Assembly: GCA_964003245.1 (NCBI GenBank)
Contig: CAXFIU010000004.1
Coordinates: 1-53,636 of the forward strand
Length of the DNA: 53,636 bases
Direction of reading: 5' to 3'
Source of the DNA: an uncultured Candidatus Poseidoniales archaeon
GTDB taxonomy: Archaea > Thermoplasmatota > Poseidoniia > Poseidoniales > Thalassarchaeaceae
The notes below the pieces were generated by a model. It searched no databases. It saw only the letters and a program-made list of their open reading frames with translations, and was not told the DNA's origin. Both the position numbers and the translations under genes were made by a program. Numbering within the stretch: position 1 is the first letter of the stretch; each line of letters begins with the position of its first letter. Shown one piece after another: positions 1 through 8,719 of the stretch.

Positions 1-185
1 GATAAATTATCAAAATTATTCCAGCAATCATCCAAATCCTCGGACCCCCAGAAATACATGTATGGGTCGTCACTGGTAGGATGATTATCCACAGAACTAG
101 ATTGAGCAGTCGCAAAAATAGACAAATAACTGAATGTTACAAGTAATACAACTCCAATTGTTAGACTACGACGTGTGGATTGCAT
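1..185 (-). CDS. Secreted/membrane hypothetical protein, 5' part only (runs off the window)
   Basis: Not in the ORF track. Read by hand from ATG at 185: MQSTRRSLTIGVVLLVTFSYLSIFATAQSSSVDNHPTSDDPYMYFWGSEDLDDCWNNFDN..., open to the window edge with a signal-peptide-like N-terminus. Confidence 0.7.
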   Translation of the reverse strand, partial: MQSTRRSLTIGVVLLVTFSYLSIFATAQSSSVDNHPTSDDPYMYFWGSEDLDDCWNNFDNL

Positions 186-236
186 AAGTTCGGGAATGAT
201 TGGTGACGTTTGAGGCTTCTCCCAATATATTCACTA

Positions 237-1097
237 TCATTTCATGGTTATTCCATTACTATCATAGTCCCATTCTATTAATTGCCAACCTGATTTTGAG
301 ATCTCTTCTCTTACTTTTTTAATAGACAGAGGATGGCATAAAATAGCCGCACAACCACCTGAACCGGCTCCTAGAGCTTTCCATGCCATAACACTGCTAT
401 CTTGTAATAGGGGCTGAATAACAGGTAAGAATGGAGCATTAATTGATTTATCTATGGTGTCAATCGCGTTAGAAACTTCATTAAGAGATTCTACAAATAG
501 TTGCCTCTGATCTCTTTGTAAAGAATCAGCCATTTTTCTAGTGGTAAGACGGATCCTATGAAGTCCTTGAATTACTTCTTTATCTCCTGATTCGTACCTT
601 GACCAAACTTGGTTTTGTATATCTCCAGATTTATGAGAAATTCCAGTGTGAGCTATTAGGAGATGTTTTTTTATCCACTTAACTGCCGAACGAGCAGGTT
701 CAAATGGCATTATTTCAACATTCTCACCATGAAACATAAATCGATTGAAACCACCAAATGTTGCAGCCCATTGATCCTGTCTTCCACACCTATTCCCTGA
801 CTTAATTTCTTCTTGATATGCTGCTTCTGCAATTTGATCTAATGAAGGGTTTTCAGTTTTTTTTAACAGAGCAATACGAGCCACATTTACAGAGCCGCTC
901 GTGCCTAATCCTGAACCTATTGGTATATCAAATTCATAAGCTATTTCTCCAGAATCATCAATTCTAGCTTTAACATATTTATTTATTGTAAAATTGACTA
1001 CTTCCCCACCAAAATCAGTACAGTAAGGATTGACATCAGTCCATCCTCCGGATAGATCTACACGGACAGGAACCATGACATCGAATTGGTCATCCAC
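237..1097 (-). CDS. GHMP-family sugar kinase (HddA heptose-7-P kinase/fucokinase-like)
   Basis: PVRVDLSGGWTD N-terminal motif, ATP-binding PIGSGLGTSGS, GRQDQ, and C-terminal KALGAGSGG. Confidence 0.85.
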   Translation of the reverse strand: MDDQFDVMVPVRVDLSGGWTDVNPYCTDFGGEVVNFTINKYVKARIDDSGEIAYEFDIPIGSGLGTSGSVNVARIALLKKTENPSLDQIAEAAYQEEIKSGNRCGRQDQWAATFGGFNRFMFHGENVEIMPFEPARSAVKWIKKHLLIAHTGISHKSGDIQNQVWSRYESGDKEVIQGLHRIRLTTRKMADSLQRDQRQLFVESLNEVSNAIDTIDKSINAPFLPVIQPLLQDSSVMAWKALGAGSGGCAAILCHPLSIKKVREEISKSGWQLIEWDYDSNGITMK

Positions 1098-1189
1098 AAC
1101 CTCTCCGAGGGTTATCTACATGAGAACCCTCCGCCGAAGAGAAATCATTTAACCGAAAACAACCCCTATCAGAACCTCTTCCGAGATGC

Positions 1190-1903
1190 ATGGCTGACAG
1201 CGTAGAGGATGCAATTAGGGCATTTTCACAAGGTAAACCTGTGATGGTTTTTGACTCTGACTTTAGAGAGAAAGAAACGGACCTGCTTTGGCCTGCAACA
1301 GCCGCAACACCGGCAGTAATGAGGCGTTTGAGAATAGATTGTGGAGGATTATTATTCTTAGCAATAGGCAACGAAATAGGGGAGATGTTCGATTTACCGT
1401 GGCTTCAAGATCTACATACACATGAAAAATTAGTAGAGGACAATCCCGTATTATCGCACTTAATTACTAATGACTTACAATATGATACAAGATCCGCATT
1501 TACTCTTTCTATAAATCATCGAGATACATATACAGGAATTACTGATAGAGATAGATCACTTACTACCAAAAGATTTGGAGAGTTGTCTGGCGAGTTAATG
1601 GAAAAATCAATTAGCGGAGAAGATGCATATAAGGCATTAGGTAATGAATTTCGCACACCAGGCCACATACCTGTATGTAGAGAATCTCCAGGTGGTTTGT
1701 CATCTAGACAAGGGCATACAGAGCTAGCAGTAGCCATCGCGAGACTTGCAGGACAGGTTCCAGCAACAATAGGGGCAGAAATGCTTCAGCCAGATGGGGA
1801 TGGAGCTCTTTCGGTGGAAGATGCAAGGTCCTATGCTTCCAAATATAAAATTCCAATGATAACTGGCGAAGATTTACTCAATGCCTTAAACATAAATAAA
1901 TAA
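1190..1903 (+). CDS. ribB: 3,4-dihydroxy-2-butanone 4-phosphate synthase (archaeal type)
   Basis: FDSDFREKETDL, SAFTLSINHRDTYTGITDRDR, FRTPGH and RQGHTE motifs. First gene of the riboflavin cluster. Confidence 0.93.
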   Translation: MADSVEDAIRAFSQGKPVMVFDSDFREKETDLLWPATAATPAVMRRLRIDCGGLLFLAIGNEIGEMFDLPWLQDLHTHEKLVEDNPVLSHLITNDLQYDTRSAFTLSINHRDTYTGITDRDRSLTTKRFGELSGELMEKSISGEDAYKALGNEFRTPGHIPVCRESPGGLSSRQGHTELAVAIARLAGQVPATIGAEMLQPDGDGALSVEDARSYASKYKIPMITGEDLLNALNINK

Positions 1904-1941
1904 ATTGAAAAGAGTTGCTATTAGTATTGAGTGTGAGGAAT

Positions 1942-2400
1942 ATGGTTCGTGTAATGGCAGTTGGTGTCTTTGACCTACTTCATGCAGGTCATCTACATTA
2001 TGTCGAGCAGGCAAAATCATTGGGCGATGAATTAGTGGTTGTTGTTGCTCATGACGATACTGTACGTAAGCAAAAGCATGAACCTGTGACAAATCAAGAA
2101 TTAAGGAGAAGAATGGTGGAAGGCTTGAAACCAGTTGACAAAGCGATAGTTGGGAATCCTCCAAGTATTCCAATTTTTGAAATATTAGATTCGGTGAAAC
2201 CCGACATTATCGCTTTAGGATATGATCAGAAACACTCTCGTGATGCAATAAAACTTGGATTGGAGAATAATGGTTGGGGTCATGTAGAAGTAATTCGCGT
2301 AGAAGGATTAGCAGATGACTTAGATGGGACTAGAAAAATAATAGCGAAAATACTTAGTTTATGGTCGGGCGAAACTGGTGGCCCCTATGAGGAAGATTGA
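1942..2400 (+). CDS. ribL: Archaeal FAD synthase (FMN adenylyltransferase, cytidylyltransferase family)
   Basis: MVRVMAVGVFDLLHAGH (HxGH) and KPDIIALGYDQ, inside the rib operon. ATG 1942 preferred over TTG 1915. Confidence 0.9.
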   Translation: MVRVMAVGVFDLLHAGHLHYVEQAKSLGDELVVVVAHDDTVRKQKHEPVTNQELRRRMVEGLKPVDKAIVGNPPSIPIFEILDSVKPDIIALGYDQKHSRDAIKLGLENNGWGHVEVIRVEGLADDLDGTRKIIAKILSLWSGETGGPYEED

Positions 2401-2401
2401 G

Positions 2402-3004
2402 ATGTTCACTGGAATCGTAGCTGGGACTGCCCCTATAGTTCAAATTGAGGAAAAAGATATCATTCGCAGCTTAACGGTAAATTTAGAGAAATATACTGAT
2501 AATTTAGAAATTGGAGCCAGTGTAGCTCTTGATGGCGTTTGTATGACTGTGGTTTCTATAGATGATAATCTAGTAAAATTTGATGCTATAGAAGAAACTC
2601 TTGCGCGTACAACCTTAGGAGAATTAAGTATTGACTCTCTGGTAAATGTCGAAAGATCTCTGAAAATGGGAGATGAATTAGGAGGGCATATAATATCAGG
2701 ACATGTCTTAATGACTGCAAAGATAATACATATCACCAATAAAGGTGAAGGGATAGATATTCTAGTTGAAAATCCGCCAAATGCAAGTCATTATATTCTT
2801 GAGAAAGGATATATTTCGATAGATGGGATGTCCCTGACTATAGGGAAAGTTAGTCAAGAAAGTTTCTCATTACATATTATCCCTGAAACATTGAGAGTTA
2901 CTACGATAGGGCAAAAAAAAGTTGGTGATTACGTAAATATAGAAATTGATTCGCGTACTCAAGCCGTTGTAGATACTATCAGAAAAAGTATGGAAGTGAA
3001 ATAA
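2402..3004 (+). CDS. ribE: Riboflavin synthase, bacterial/eukaryotic alpha-chain type
   Basis: N-terminal MFTGIV (ATG 2402), GASVALDGVCMTV, VNVERSL, GGHIISGHV, KGYISIDGMSLT, IIPETL and VNIEID (two lumazine-binding repeats). Confidence 0.93.
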   Translation: MFTGIVAGTAPIVQIEEKDIIRSLTVNLEKYTDNLEIGASVALDGVCMTVVSIDDNLVKFDAIEETLARTTLGELSIDSLVNVERSLKMGDELGGHIISGHVLMTAKIIHITNKGEGIDILVENPPNASHYILEKGYISIDGMSLTIGKVSQESFSLHIIPETLRVTTIGQKKVGDYVNIEIDSRTQAVVDTIRKSMEVK

Positions 3005-3399
3005 TGAATATTGCAGCAGTTTGTGGGAGTTTTCATAAAGAAGAAATTGAAAGAATGCTCGAATATGCGCAAGATGAAGCAAGTATCAAGGGTGTGAAGA
3101 TATCAGAAATCTTGTGGGTTCCAGGCTCAATGGAAGCTCCATTGGCTTTAGAACGTATATTGAAAAATGAAGGAGTTGATGCTGCAATTACTCTTGGAAT
3201 TATTGAACGTGGCGAAACTCAGCATGGTCTCGTTATGGGTCAAGCAGTTACTAAGGCAATTATCGAATTACAAATTAAGTATAACAAACCAATTGGGTTA
3301 GGAATTATTGGCCCAGGTGCTGAGAAACACCATATTGAGCCAAGATTAGAGCCACATGCAAGATCTGCAGTTAATGCTGTAATTATGATGTCAAAATGA
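3004..3399 (+). CDS. ribH: 6,7-dimethyl-8-ribityllumazine synthase
   Basis: VPGSMEAP, DAAITLGIIERGETQH and KPIGLGIIGPG. Start overlaps the riboflavin synthase stop. Confidence 0.92.
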   Translation: MNIAAVCGSFHKEEIERMLEYAQDEASIKGVKISEILWVPGSMEAPLALERILKNEGVDAAITLGIIERGETQHGLVMGQAVTKAIIELQIKYNKPIGLGIIGPGAEKHHIEPRLEPHARSAVNAVIMMSK

Positions 3400-3479
3400 A
3401 TATCATTAACCTAACTAGAAGTAATGAATAGTGCTTTCTTCGAGTTAATGTTCAAAGCACTCCTATCATTCCGAGACTC

Positions 3480-4409
3480 ATGACTGATGAAGTGCGGAAT
3501 GTGATAATCATAGGTTCTGGTCCTGCAGGATATACTGCGGGCCTATACTCGGCAAGAGCATTGTTGGAACCATTGATGTTTGCCGGATATATGTCAGGTG
3601 GGCAATTAATGCTAACATCGGACATAGAGAATTTTCCTGGATATCCCGAAGGAATTGGAGGGCCAGAGATGATGATTCAGTTGAGAGAACAAGCAGAGAA
3701 ATTTGGATTAGAGGTTCAAGATAAAAATGTAGAGAGAGTTGATTTTTCTGAACAGCCATTCAAAATATGGGTTGAGGGGGAAGAGTTTCGTTCAAAATCA
3801 GTAATTATTTGCACTGGAGCGGAATCAATCTGGCTAGGAGCAGAGGGAGAAGAAGAGCAAAAGGGTAGAGGAATAAGCACTTGTGCAACTTGTGATGGTG
3901 CATTCTTCCGTGAGCAAGAGGTACTGGTTATTGGAGGTGGAGACTCAGCTATGGAAGAAGCCACATTCTTAACCAGATTTGCTAGTAAAGTGACATTATT
4001 ACATAGGAGAGATGTTTTCAAAGCATCAAAGGTAATGTACGAAAGAGCCCTAAATAATCCAAAAATTGAGATAAAGACATTTAGAACTGTCAAACGCTGG
4101 CTTTCAGACGAAACAGGATTAAGTGGTGCAATTCTAGAAGATCCGAGAGATGGTAGTATCGAAGAAATATCTTGTACAGGGGCATTCATTGCGATTGGAC
4201 ATAAACCAATTACTAATTTCTTGGAAGAACAAGTAGAAACTGACGATTCGGGATATATTCTTGCAAAAACACACACTATGACAAGTGTAGAAGGTATATT
4301 TGCTGCAGGAGATGTTGTTGATACTAGATATCGCCAAGCGATAACAGCAGCAGGAATGGGATGTCAAGCAGCAATCGATGCTGAAAAATGGCTTGAAGAA
4401 CAACATTGA
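3480..4409 (+). CDS. trxB: Thioredoxin reductase
   Basis: GSGPAG FAD motif, CATCDG redox centre, GGGDSA NADPH motif, HRRD, AAGDV and YRQAITAAG. Confidence 0.95.
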   Translation: MTDEVRNVIIIGSGPAGYTAGLYSARALLEPLMFAGYMSGGQLMLTSDIENFPGYPEGIGGPEMMIQLREQAEKFGLEVQDKNVERVDFSEQPFKIWVEGEEFRSKSVIICTGAESIWLGAEGEEEQKGRGISTCATCDGAFFREQEVLVIGGGDSAMEEATFLTRFASKVTLLHRRDVFKASKVMYERALNNPKIEIKTFRTVKRWLSDETGLSGAILEDPRDGSIEEISCTGAFIAIGHKPITNFLEEQVETDDSGYILAKTHTMTSVEGIFAAGDVVDTRYRQAITAAGMGCQAAIDAEKWLEEQH

Positions 4410-4417
4410 GGATTAAG

Positions 4418-5578
4418 ATGTCTGAAATTGACTTGACCAATGATGAGAAAGCGAGGTATGCTAGGCATCTAATATTGCCACAAGTAGGTGAGATGGGGCA
4501 AAAAAAAATCAAATCTGCTTCAGTACTAGTTGTTGGAGCCGGAGGCCTAGGTTCACCAGTATTGATGTATTTAGCAGCTGCGGGAATAGGTAAAATTGGA
4601 ATTATAGATGATGATAAAATAGAGCTGACTAATTTGCAAAGACAAATTATTCATTCTACGTCATCAATTGGAGAATTAAAGACGGAATCAGCTAAAAAAA
4701 GAATTAATCAAATTAATCCAGAAATAATTGTCGAGATATTTGATACAAGATTAACAATTGAAAATGCCAAAGAAATAATTAACAGATATGATGTTATTGT
4801 AGATGGAACAGATAACTTTGCTACACGATATACAATTAGTGATTGTTGTGAAATCTTAGGTAAACCATGGGTTTTTGGTAGTATTCACCGATTTGAAGGT
4901 CAGGTTTCTGTATTCAACCTAAATGGAAGTCCTAATTATAGAGACCTATTTCCTAAAGCACCACCTCCCGAATTAGCACCAAATTGTGCTGAAGCCGGAG
5001 TTTTAGGTGTATTACCAGGGATTATAGGATCATTCCAGGCTAATGAGGTTCTGAAAATTATTCTAGAGATGGATGGAATATTAGATAGTGAATTATTGTT
5101 AATTGATACTCAAACAATGAATATTAGAAAACTTAGATATAATGCAAATAAAGAAAGAGAAAGAGTTACTGAACTTTCTGAAGAAGCTATATCTTGTGCA
5201 CTGGGTTTAGATGAGGAACAATCATTAGATGTCTCTGATACAAAAGAGAATATGAAGGAGATTAGTCCAATAGAATATGTGGATAAAGTGAAAAATGGTT
5301 GGGAGCCTTTCTTCTTGGATGTAAGAAGAGAAGATGAAGAAAAAATTGTCACATTACCTAATACAAATCTAAGAATTAGTCATACGGAAATTCCATCAAG
5401 ACTTGAAGAAATACCCAGTGACCAAGATATTGTCATATACTGTAGAAGTGGTGCTAGATCAGCTATGGTGGCAAATTTTCTTAAAATGTCAGGTAATTAT
5501 CCTATGGAGATATACAATCTATCTGGCGGTATACATTTATGGGCATCTACAGTTGATTCAAGTATTCCAAGGTATTAA
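4418..5578 (+). CDS. moeB: Molybdopterin-synthase adenylyltransferase MoeB/ThiF fused to C-terminal rhodanese (MoeZ/MoeBR type)
   Basis: RYARHL, GAGGLGSP, NLQRQ, DGTDNF, PNYRDLFP and NCAEAGVLG. Rhodanese LDVR...YCRSGARS. Confidence 0.9.
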   Translation: MSEIDLTNDEKARYARHLILPQVGEMGQKKIKSASVLVVGAGGLGSPVLMYLAAAGIGKIGIIDDDKIELTNLQRQIIHSTSSIGELKTESAKKRINQINPEIIVEIFDTRLTIENAKEIINRYDVIVDGTDNFATRYTISDCCEILGKPWVFGSIHRFEGQVSVFNLNGSPNYRDLFPKAPPPELAPNCAEAGVLGVLPGIIGSFQANEVLKIILEMDGILDSELLLIDTQTMNIRKLRYNANKERERVTELSEEAISCALGLDEEQSLDVSDTKENMKEISPIEYVDKVKNGWEPFFLDVRREDEEKIVTLPNTNLRISHTEIPSRLEEIPSDQDIVIYCRSGARSAMVANFLKMSGNYPMEIYNLSGGIHLWASTVDSSIPRY

Positions 5579-5591
5579 TTGTTCTTATTAC

Positions 5592-5787
5592 GGTATTTAA
5601 ATCTGCAGTGTAACTTTTAATTATGGTATTTTAAGCCTAAAAACACAATTCTATCAAATATTACAACATATTCTAAATAAATGTGGTATTAATCTATTTA
5701 GTCTAACGTTTTTAAATGGTATTTTAACTAGAAAAGGTGATTTCTATTTAGAGAAGATACCGCAATTAAGAAATAAATACCACATTT
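5592..5787. repeat. Cluster of short GGTATT(T)TAA-like repeats with a 12-bp inverted pair in an AT-rich intergenic region
   Basis: Direct copies near 5592, 5625, 5685 and 5718. AAATGTGGTATT (5679-5690) is the exact reverse complement of 5776-5787. Confidence 0.55.
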
Positions 5788-5836
5788 GATACTCAAGAAG
5801 CGATTAGTTGTAGTACTTGTTAATTTTCGGAGAGTT

Positions 5837-8707
5837 ATGAGCATAGCCCGACAAGGAATTTGGTTATGCCCAGAATGTGGAAACTATGAACCATGGAAAA
5901 CTAGAGATCCAGATACAAACCACATAGATCGGAAATGCAGTAATTGCAATAAAAGGGCTAGATTTACACTTAATCGCTCTAATTCAGGAAAAGGCAGGAA
6001 ACGGAATTACCACATATGGGAGAGAGATTCATCAATAGATTTCAAACAGATAATTGAAGAAGCAAGTAGGAGAAATGAAAAAATCCTAGAAGTTGGCGAA
6101 AGTGAGGAGATATTTTCAGAAAAGGCTACTCAAGAACAACTGCCACCAATTTGGGGTTTGGATTGGAGTCCAAGAGATGCTTTGAAATTTACAAGGAAGT
6201 TGCCAGAAGTAGATGTGAGGAGTGAATTGCTTCGTTTTGTAGCAGAGAGGCATGACGGGTACTTGGAGTTCATTGCAGAAGAATGGAGAGATATGCAACC
6301 TCCAAGTCAATTTGATGGAGAAAAATATCATCAATTCACTGGACAATTTTGCATCAAAGTTTCAAAATCTTTAGATGAAAGGATATGGAAACCTGAATTA
6401 TTGATTATTGGAGAAGAAGAGATAATTCCTAGAAGAAATACTGAATTATATCTCAAAAGAAGAAAACAGAGATTCATGAGAGACATCAAACTATGCCTCA
6501 GAAGAGTAGCTTATGCATCAAGTGTCGATTTAGAAACACATTTGGAATGGCAAAGATGGATGACTAGGACAAGAGCGATTGATGAACATTTGAAAGATTT
6601 ATTCAGTAATGGCATCAGTACCCCAGATGGAGGGAAATTTGGAGGGAAAGGGTTCCGATCTACTTGGCAGGAAGGAGTTGTTGGTTGTGCTACTTCTCTC
6701 AATAGGGCAATTGATTTGTCTCCTGAGAATAGACATCTAGCAGATGTTATTGCGCCAATGATTAGAGACGTTGGCTTAGCACTTGCATTCGGACAAACTC
6801 CATTAGAGATTTTTGCTGCTCAAATGGGGAAGTCAGGATCATATATGGATGGAGGGAACCCAGATTCAGGTGGGCGCGATTTACACATAGGGAACTGGGA
6901 AAAAGGAGTTCTACCCCCTACTGCACCACTTCCAATTGCCAGTGCTACAGCCACAGGGGTTGCTCTTGCTGCAAAATTATTGAATATTGATAGATTCCAC
7001 TTGGCACCTGTAGGAGAAGGATGTAGTAGCAATGGAGAGTTTTGGGAAGCAATGAATTTAGCAGGAGCTAGAGGTTTACCAATTGCATTTATGATACAAA
7101 ATAATCAAATTGCGCTAGATACATTCACAGTGGGCCAATCAGGAGCAGAAACATTTGGCGACAAAGGTCACGCAATGGGAATACCATCATGGACAATTGA
7201 TGGATCAGACCCGCTACAATTTCATGCGTCGACAGCAACTAGTAGAGAATACGCATTAAACGGAGGAGGGCCCACTTTGATTCATGTTGAGACGATGAGA
7301 GGATGCGGCCACGCTCATCATCACGATGACTTATACTTAGGTTCAGTGACAGGAAACCCCCCTGGATATGTAGGTAGAGAATTATTGACATATTGGGCTG
7401 AAAAAGACCCGCTGCCGAATCATAGAGAGTATTGCATATCTCTTGGAGCAAGTGAAAAACAATTGAGGACTATGGAGGAGGAAGAACAATATATCGTAGA
7501 TTTAGCTAGGAAGGAGATGGAAAATATGCCATGGCCTGAAGGCAACACAGTGACAAAAGGAGTTACTTCAATACACAATGCAGAGTCACACTCTGAACAA
7601 TTCGACAGATTAGAGAAAGGAGGTGTAGAAAATTTACCAGGGCCACTCGAAGACGGTGAATTAGCAATTGAATTTTCTAATTCTCCTAGCTCATCTACTT
7701 ACAGTCGTGCAATACAAAATGCCATGGTGACATTGGCTGAAAATTATGGCGACGATATCGTATTCATGGGAGAAGATATGGAAGTCGCAGGAGCATTTGG
7801 CATGAATATTCCTCTCAAAGCAAAAGGTCATTCTAGTAAACTTCTAGATATGCCGCTTTCTGAATCTATTATCATAAATTCAGCTACAGGAGCCGCATTA
7901 GGAGGAATGAGACCTGTAGCGGAAATACAATTCGGAGGATTCGCAGCATTGGCTATGAATGCTCTTGTGAATAATGCTGCACAACTAAGATGGAGATGGG
8001 GGGCTGATGTACCGTTAACAGTCAGAATACCACTAGGTGCTAAAACAAGAAGTGGCCCCTTTCATGCAAATATGATTGAGTCGTGGTTCATGAATGATCC
8101 AGGTTTGACAATTGTATTCCCCAGCAACCCACAAGATGCTTATGATCTTTTAATTGAGTCTCATGAATTAAATGACCCTGTCGTATTCCTTGAACATCTT
8201 GGATTATATGGATTAGGAGGAGGTAAAACAGGTTGGGGCGACTCGATAAATCAGATTATAGATACAGAATCTGTGAAAAAGAGGTTGGAAAATAATGAAT
8301 CATCAATTGGCAAGGCTAAAGTCATTAGAGGTGGAAAAGATTTGACTATAATCACTTGGGGTGCAATGGTTCATGTTGCGCTAAAGGCTGCTGAATTAAT
8401 GTCAAGTGAAGGAATAGAAATAGAAATTATTGACTTGAGAACTATCTTGCCTTTCGATTCAAAAACTTGTATACAATCAGTCATGAAGACTAAAAAAATG
8501 ATTGTTCTACAAGAGTCTCAGTATACTGGAGGTTTAGGGCATACAATTAGTAGTAGAGTCATGGAAGAAAGTTTTTGGGATATGGAATCTCCACCAGTAG
8601 TAATAGGCGCTCTAGATACACCAGTTCCATTCTCACCCACATTGGAAGATTACACAATCCCTACTGTGGAACTTGTATTAAGGCACGTAAATAGAATATG
8701 TAAATGA
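5837..8707 (+). CDS. 2-oxoacid dehydrogenase E1 alpha+beta fusion (ThDP-dependent) with N-terminal Zn-ribbon extension
   Basis: ThDP motif GEG...QNNQ and RGCGH loop. Beta-domain MGEDM, DMPLSE, GMRPVAEIQF, GPFH, IDLRTILPFD and DTPVPFSPTLE. N-terminal CPEC...CSNC. ATG at 5837. Confidence 0.88.
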   Translation: MSIARQGIWLCPECGNYEPWKTRDPDTNHIDRKCSNCNKRARFTLNRSNSGKGRKRNYHIWERDSSIDFKQIIEEASRRNEKILEVGESEEIFSEKATQEQLPPIWGLDWSPRDALKFTRKLPEVDVRSELLRFVAERHDGYLEFIAEEWRDMQPPSQFDGEKYHQFTGQFCIKVSKSLDERIWKPELLIIGEEEIIPRRNTELYLKRRKQRFMRDIKLCLRRVAYASSVDLETHLEWQRWMTRTRAIDEHLKDLFSNGISTPDGGKFGGKGFRSTWQEGVVGCATSLNRAIDLSPENRHLADVIAPMIRDVGLALAFGQTPLEIFAAQMGKSGSYMDGGNPDSGGRDLHIGNWEKGVLPPTAPLPIASATATGVALAAKLLNIDRFHLAPVGEGCSSNGEFWEAMNLAGARGLPIAFMIQNNQIALDTFTVGQSGAETFGDKGHAMGIPSWTIDGSDPLQFHASTATSREYALNGGGPTLIHVETMRGCGHAHHHDDLYLGSVTGNPPGYVGRELLTYWAEKDPLPNHREYCISLGASEKQLRTMEEEEQYIVDLARKEMENMPWPEGNTVTKGVTSIHNAESHSEQFDRLEKGGVENLPGPLEDGELAIEFSNSPSSSTYSRAIQNAMVTLAENYGDDIVFMGEDMEVAGAFGMNIPLKAKGHSSKLLDMPLSESIIINSATGAALGGMRPVAEIQFGGFAALAMNALVNNAAQLRWRWGADVPLTVRIPLGAKTRSGPFHANMIESWFMNDPGLTIVFPSNPQDAYDLLIESHELNDPVVFLEHLGLYGLGGGKTGWGDSINQIIDTESVKKRLENNESSIGKAKVIRGGKDLTIITWGAMVHVALKAAELMSSEGIEIEIIDLRTILPFDSKTCIQSVMKTKKMIVLQESQYTGGLGHTISSRVMEESFWDMESPPVVIGALDTPVPFSPTLEDYTIPTVELVLRHVNRICK

Positions 8708-8719
8708 GAGTGATTTTGA

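Noticed and set aside
3716-4276. Antisense/overlapping ORFs in the track (e.g. 3716-4276, 13008-13430, 24121-24513, 26942-27469, 45353-45754, 36824-37150)
   Set aside because: They are shadows of well-supported genes on the opposite strand, with no recognisable motifs.
5592-5787. CRISPR array
   Set aside because: The repeats are only about 10-14 bp, degenerate, irregularly spaced and partly inverted, and there are no cas genes.
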